The translations under genes were made by a program, and so were the position numbers. This document shows positions 59,942 to 64,000 of a stretch of DNA of 64,000 bases, one piece after another (position 1 is the first letter of the stretch; each line of letters begins with the position of its first letter). Source of the stretch: Toensbergia leucococca (Eukaryota); NCBI GenBank assembly GCA_022813965.1, contig JALDZS010000033.1, forward strand, positions 62,001 through 126,000, written 5' to 3'. Under the pieces are notes generated by a model, which saw only the letters and a program-made list of their open reading frames with translations, made no database searches and was not told the origin of the DNA.

Positions 59942-62755
59942 TGGGATGTTGCTGATTCTGTAAGCCGCTTGTGTAAGTAATGTTCAAGCAGTCTGGCAAT
60001 TTGTATTGCAGGCTACGAAGCCGAGAAGAGGAGAAGATACCAATGGATAGCAAAATAAACCTAGCAGCGTTTTGTTCAATTGTCTCCAAAGGATGGAATG
60101 CTCGTTGAGGAGCGCTGAGAAATTCACTGCTCAGAAAGAAGTTGGCTCTTGCAAATGTTGTATCGTTGTGGTATGTCCTCGTGCGTTGTTGTGGATAATG
60201 GAGCGTGTACGCAAGTCAGCTACAATCCGACTTCTACGAAAGCTCTCCTTTCCCAATCCGGCCGTCACGCGTGCTTCGTTTATATATATGCGAACGGCCC
60301 ACTGGAGGCAAGGAACATATGCGGACGTTTACAACACTAACCTATCAAAGATTGTCGTTCTCTTCAATTGCTCCTGGACATGAAATCACTTAGGGCAAGG
60401 TTCGGGTCATTGTTGATCCAGCCACAATCCACTTCATAGACGAAAGGATAGTCTGCCTCTAGACAGTCAACCTTACAATCCACAATTCTGGCTATGCGTT
60501 TCGATGTTATGGGTTATTTACACGTTCAAATACTGCCAACCTCAACTCTTTTATGCCTATGGTGTTTGATCCACAGCCATCACCCATCACCCATCAGTCC
60601 TTGCCTTGACGATCGAGATCAGTGGCTTGCCGCTGCCACTAGAGCGAACCGGTATGAATTTTACAGTCGCCGTTATCTGCAAGAGGTGGCTCTAGATTTC
60701 TGGGAAGAAGATTCGTCTTCTCCCTTATTCTTGTCAATTCTTATGAACCTCGCTGCTTTGGTTTGAAATACGTGCTCTTCATACCTTTGCCATATAATTG
60801 ATCTTATCAACTCTTCATGTCTCTCAGCCTCATAAGAGGGCTTGTGATATCCTCAGCGCAACCCGGGGCTCTGATCACCCCCACATGGTCCTTCATCTGC
60901 GCTGCAGCCCTAGATAAAGGAGATCCAAACGCAACGTACTTTAGTATTGATGGGGACAGCAGTGTGTGCGTCTCAAGATGCAAAAACATCGACAAGACTC
61001 CAACCGAACAAAACAAGGGATTCAATCCGCTCGCTCACACAGCCCTCACAGATCTGCCCCTTCACCAACCTTGCTCTTACGGGTCATTTACATCTAGGGC
61101 TGCTACAACGCCATACAATGAACCACCCCACGAACGCGGACCCCCAGTCCACCTGCTACACGCCCCCAACACCTGATCAGCCTCACGGCAAATTCAAACC
61201 AAACCAGCAACCCCCACAAATCTCCAAGCTCGACTTCCCAATCAACCGATAACGACTTCCCGCTCCTCCGACAACCACCGACATAATGGCAGCTACCCTT
61301 AAACACTTAATGTGGGTGTGCGTAGGTATGTGAATTTTTTTTCCCCTCCAGGGGGGTGAGGTTGTCGATGCTGGTGTGAGGGCTTGGTGTTTTATTGGGG
61401 AGTTTTTTTTTTTTTTTTTTTTTGAAGATTTGAAGGTGTGGTATTATGGGGAATGTGGGAGGGTTGAATGGGAGAATTAGTTTTTTAGAGAGGGTTTCTA
61501 GAGAGGCTTGTCAAGGGGCATAACTTTTAATAAGCTTTGTTGAAATTGTGTTTTCACTCAATTGTGTTTCTTTTGAAACAAGGGAAAGAAAACTGCAGCT
61601 GAATAAAGCAGCTTTGAAGCAAGTGAGTATGAGATGAAAGAAATAAAACCACCCCAATAAGCCTTGATACACAAAAACCAAAGAAAAAGATCAAACAAAC
61701 AACCCCTCCCCACCCCCTCTCTCTCCAAGAAAAAATTCTAAGAATTTGAGGCTCACACGTGACACTTCACTCATATTTTCCCCCTCAAGCAACATGACAG
61801 CCTAAAAAGCAAGTGAAGCATCCTATCTATGCCTCATGACCTCGGGGGTGGGATTGGATATTCATCTAGTGAAAAAGAAAAATAAAATGAAATGAAAATG
61901 CTCATCTACCATCTTCCTCACCCACAATCCATACTCATCATCAAAAAAAGAGAGTGAGTACATTGCAAATGACTGGGACTCCAATACCAAGCATCCGAAG
62001 TGAATTTGTTGCTTGAGATAGGTAGGCTATATGAATAATTGCAGGAGGGGGAGGGTGAGAACTGACTGGGCAGAGGAATCGTTGGATGAAGAGAAGATCC
62101 TGTAGAATGGTAATACCCCGGAATCAAGGACACTTGTGTCCTCCTCTCTGCACCTAGGGACTCACTCTCAGACATGATTACGCAAGCCAGCTCTGAAAGG
62201 GGGCGGGCTTAAAAAAAGTAAACCAAGTACCAAAAGCCCCAAAAGCAATTCATTTTCAAACAAACCGTCATCTACTCTATCTGCCATTCCCTTCAGACCT
62301 TCCTCGGAAAGCAAAAAAGAAACAATTGGGCGCATACACAAGACAAGGTCTAGACCCCATCGCTCACGAAAAAAAATGCCTTTTGAGCAAAAAGCTAAAA
62401 CTGTGCGAGTTGAGTTAAGATGAGAATAAGAGCTATAAATTTTTTGCTAGAAATGACGCGTGGATAGGATAATCTTTAAACATGAAATCGTAATATGCGC
62501 TGTCGCTGTCGCTGTGAGGAAAATGCCGCTCCATCGCTATGCTGCTAGATACATGCGTACTTGTAATTGAATCCATCATGTCGTCATGAAGTGTGAGAGG
62601 TTTGTTGAGTTGTAGTAACGGGGATGCTGGTGGGTGAATATGCTATGATAACCTTCTACAGAATATAGGAATCATGCTTTTTATGATGATAGGCGCAGTC
62701 GAGGAGCGGTGTAGCCGTGCGGTGGGACAGCATTACATCCTCGGCGTAAATTTTT

Positions 62756-64000
62756 CTAATCTTCGGTCGTTGCATCCAAGTCCGCGGTGTTGTCGAATGG
62801 ATCAGTGACTTCTTCGCCAGTCGCATTTACGACAATTCGTCTGCCTCGCTTGTGTTCTGGGACACCGTCTCTAGAAGCACCAAAGTCAAGGACCTGCGAA
62901 ACAATCATCAGCATGGGACCCTCTAATAGAAGTAAGACGCTCACTTCAATGTAAGTCAGATTGTTTCGTTGGACTGCAGCGACGCATCTCCGTTCATTGA
63001 ACTTGACCTGCCAAACCCCGCTCAAGTCCGTCAATAAGTCTTTGATAAATTCGCCGTTTTTAACATTCCACATCTTGAGCGTTCGATCGGACCCAGAGAT
63101 GACTTTTTGTCCGTCGTGCTGGAAGCAAGTAATCGCACCAGTGTGGGCACTCAACGTACTTTTGCAATGTCCAGTCTCTGGATCCCAAACACGAAGAGTC
63201 GAGTCGGCCGCTGCAGATACAAGGCGATCCTGCTGTAGATCAAGAAGACCTACCAAAGACGTATGGCCCTCCAGATTATAGAGCACCGAACCAGTATCAA
63301 GTGACCAAACTTTTACCAGATTGTCCATCGAGCCACTAATGCATCGATTGCGTTGATGGTCAAGCACTACACTATACACCTTTTGCGCATGTCCTTGTAG
63401 CCGATGTAGAGTTTCACCAGTAGAAATTTTCCAAACTCGTACACTACAGTCGTAGCTGCCGCTCACAAGCGTATCAGCGTGAGCAGCAATAGCACGCACC
63501 GAGTGGTGATGGCCGGTTAGTACACGAATGAAGTAAGGACAGTCCGTATCATCTTGTGGCGTTCCTGTGGCGAAGAAGGTCTTATCTTCGGGCTTCGGTA
63601 GCTTCCACACCCTGAGATTGGAATCACGAGAACCAGTAATGATGAGCGGCTGTTTCGGCATCATAATAACCCTCCCATCAGCTGTCTTGTCCACTGGAGT
63701 GGGCAAAAGTATTTGCAAGCACCTCACAGTGGAAGTATGCCCTTGGAATACTTGCGTACAGACTCCCTTCTCAATGTCCCAAACTCTGACCGATCGATCA
63801 GTGGAACCGGATACTAGCATGTTACCTTCGTATTGAAGTGCCCATACTCCTCCTTCATGACCCTCCAATCTAGAACGAAGAGCACCGGTTTGAGTATCGT
63901 AAACGTTGATGTTCGTATCATCGCTCCCAGTAAGAATCTTGTCTGTATCAAATTGCAAGCAAGTCACTACGTGGCGCTGATGGGCTCTGAAAGCGATATG
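62756..64000 (-). CDS. CDC4: F-box/WD40 protein Cdc4, 3' part (WD40 propeller), partial
   Basis: HIAFRAHQRHVVTCLQFDTDKILTGSDD, GHEGGVWAL, GHTSTVRCL and LLTDLSGVWQVKF..YIEVLDFG; in-frame 51-nt intron at 62894-62944. The gene continues beyond the window. Confidence 0.92.
   Translation of the reverse strand, partial: HIAFRAHQRHVVTCLQFDTDKILTGSDDTNINVYDTQTGALRSRLEGHEGGVWALQYEGNMLVSGSTDRSVRVWDIEKGVCTQVFQGHTSTVRCLQILLPTPVDKTADGRVIMMPKQPLIITGSRDSNLRVWKLPKPEDKTFFATGTPQDDTDCPYFIRVLTGHHHSVRAIAAHADTLVSGSYDCSVRVWKISTGETLHRLQGHAQKVYSVVLDHQRNRCISGSMDNLVKVWSLDTGSVLYNLEGHTSLVGLLDLQQDRLVSAAADSTLRVWDPETGHCKSTLSAHTGAITCFQHDGQKVISGSDRTLKMWNVKNGEFIKDLLTDLSGVWQVKFNERRCVAAVQRNNLTYIEVSVLLLLEGPMLMIVSQVLDFGASRDGVPEHKRGRRIVVNATGEEVTDPFDNTADLDATTED

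Noticed and set aside
60494..61252. 90-119 aa ORFs between the F-box micro-ORF and the CDC4 3' region
   Set aside because: No recognisable family or consistent exon structure; a faint F-box-like look in 60494-60766 is too weak to call.
1..64000. CRISPR arrays, prokaryotic operons or defence systems, rRNA, tRNA, autonomous transposons
   Set aside because: The sequence is intron-containing fungal DNA. I saw no regularly spaced repeats, rRNA or tRNA structure, or transposase/RT motifs.

Overview
This is eukaryotic DNA from a filamentous ascomycete (Pezizomycotina). The evidence is short GT-AG introns with CTRAC/CTAAY branch sites, and a lichen-forming Lecanoromycete is plausible but only an inference. 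The window is mostly housekeeping euchromatin with about 22 intron-containing genes. These are the RIB2-like deaminase 3' end, an NTF2/SnoaL-like protein, a GPI-type Cys protein, STN1, a large PY-motif protein, a secreted Leu/Val-rich protein, PAB1, a HUL5/UBE3C HECT ligase, MRPL27, UTP14, an orphan ORF, an SDR, a GH81 glucanase, VCX1, DUF1295, an S10 carboxypeptidase, AHA1, a Pho85 cyclin, FBP1, a LaeA-like methyltransferase, a BAHD-type transferase, FMC1, an EngB GTPase and the CDC4 3' end. I found no multi-gene novel system that I can support. The most interesting signals are small: (1) an in-frame Trp-rich alternative 5' splice extension plus an upstream presequence-like ATG in the first full gene; (2) a candidate intronic C/D snoRNA in the AHA1 5'UTR intron with 11-nt complementarity to 18S rRNA; (3) a spliced 68-aa F-box-only ORF missed by the ORF track; (4) a 1.29-kb ATG-free leader before the cyclin; (5) a stop-KL-stop tail on FBP1; and (6) CpG-eroded foldback/MITE elements. 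All family assignments come from motif recognition, not database searches, and the exon boundaries were read by eye.
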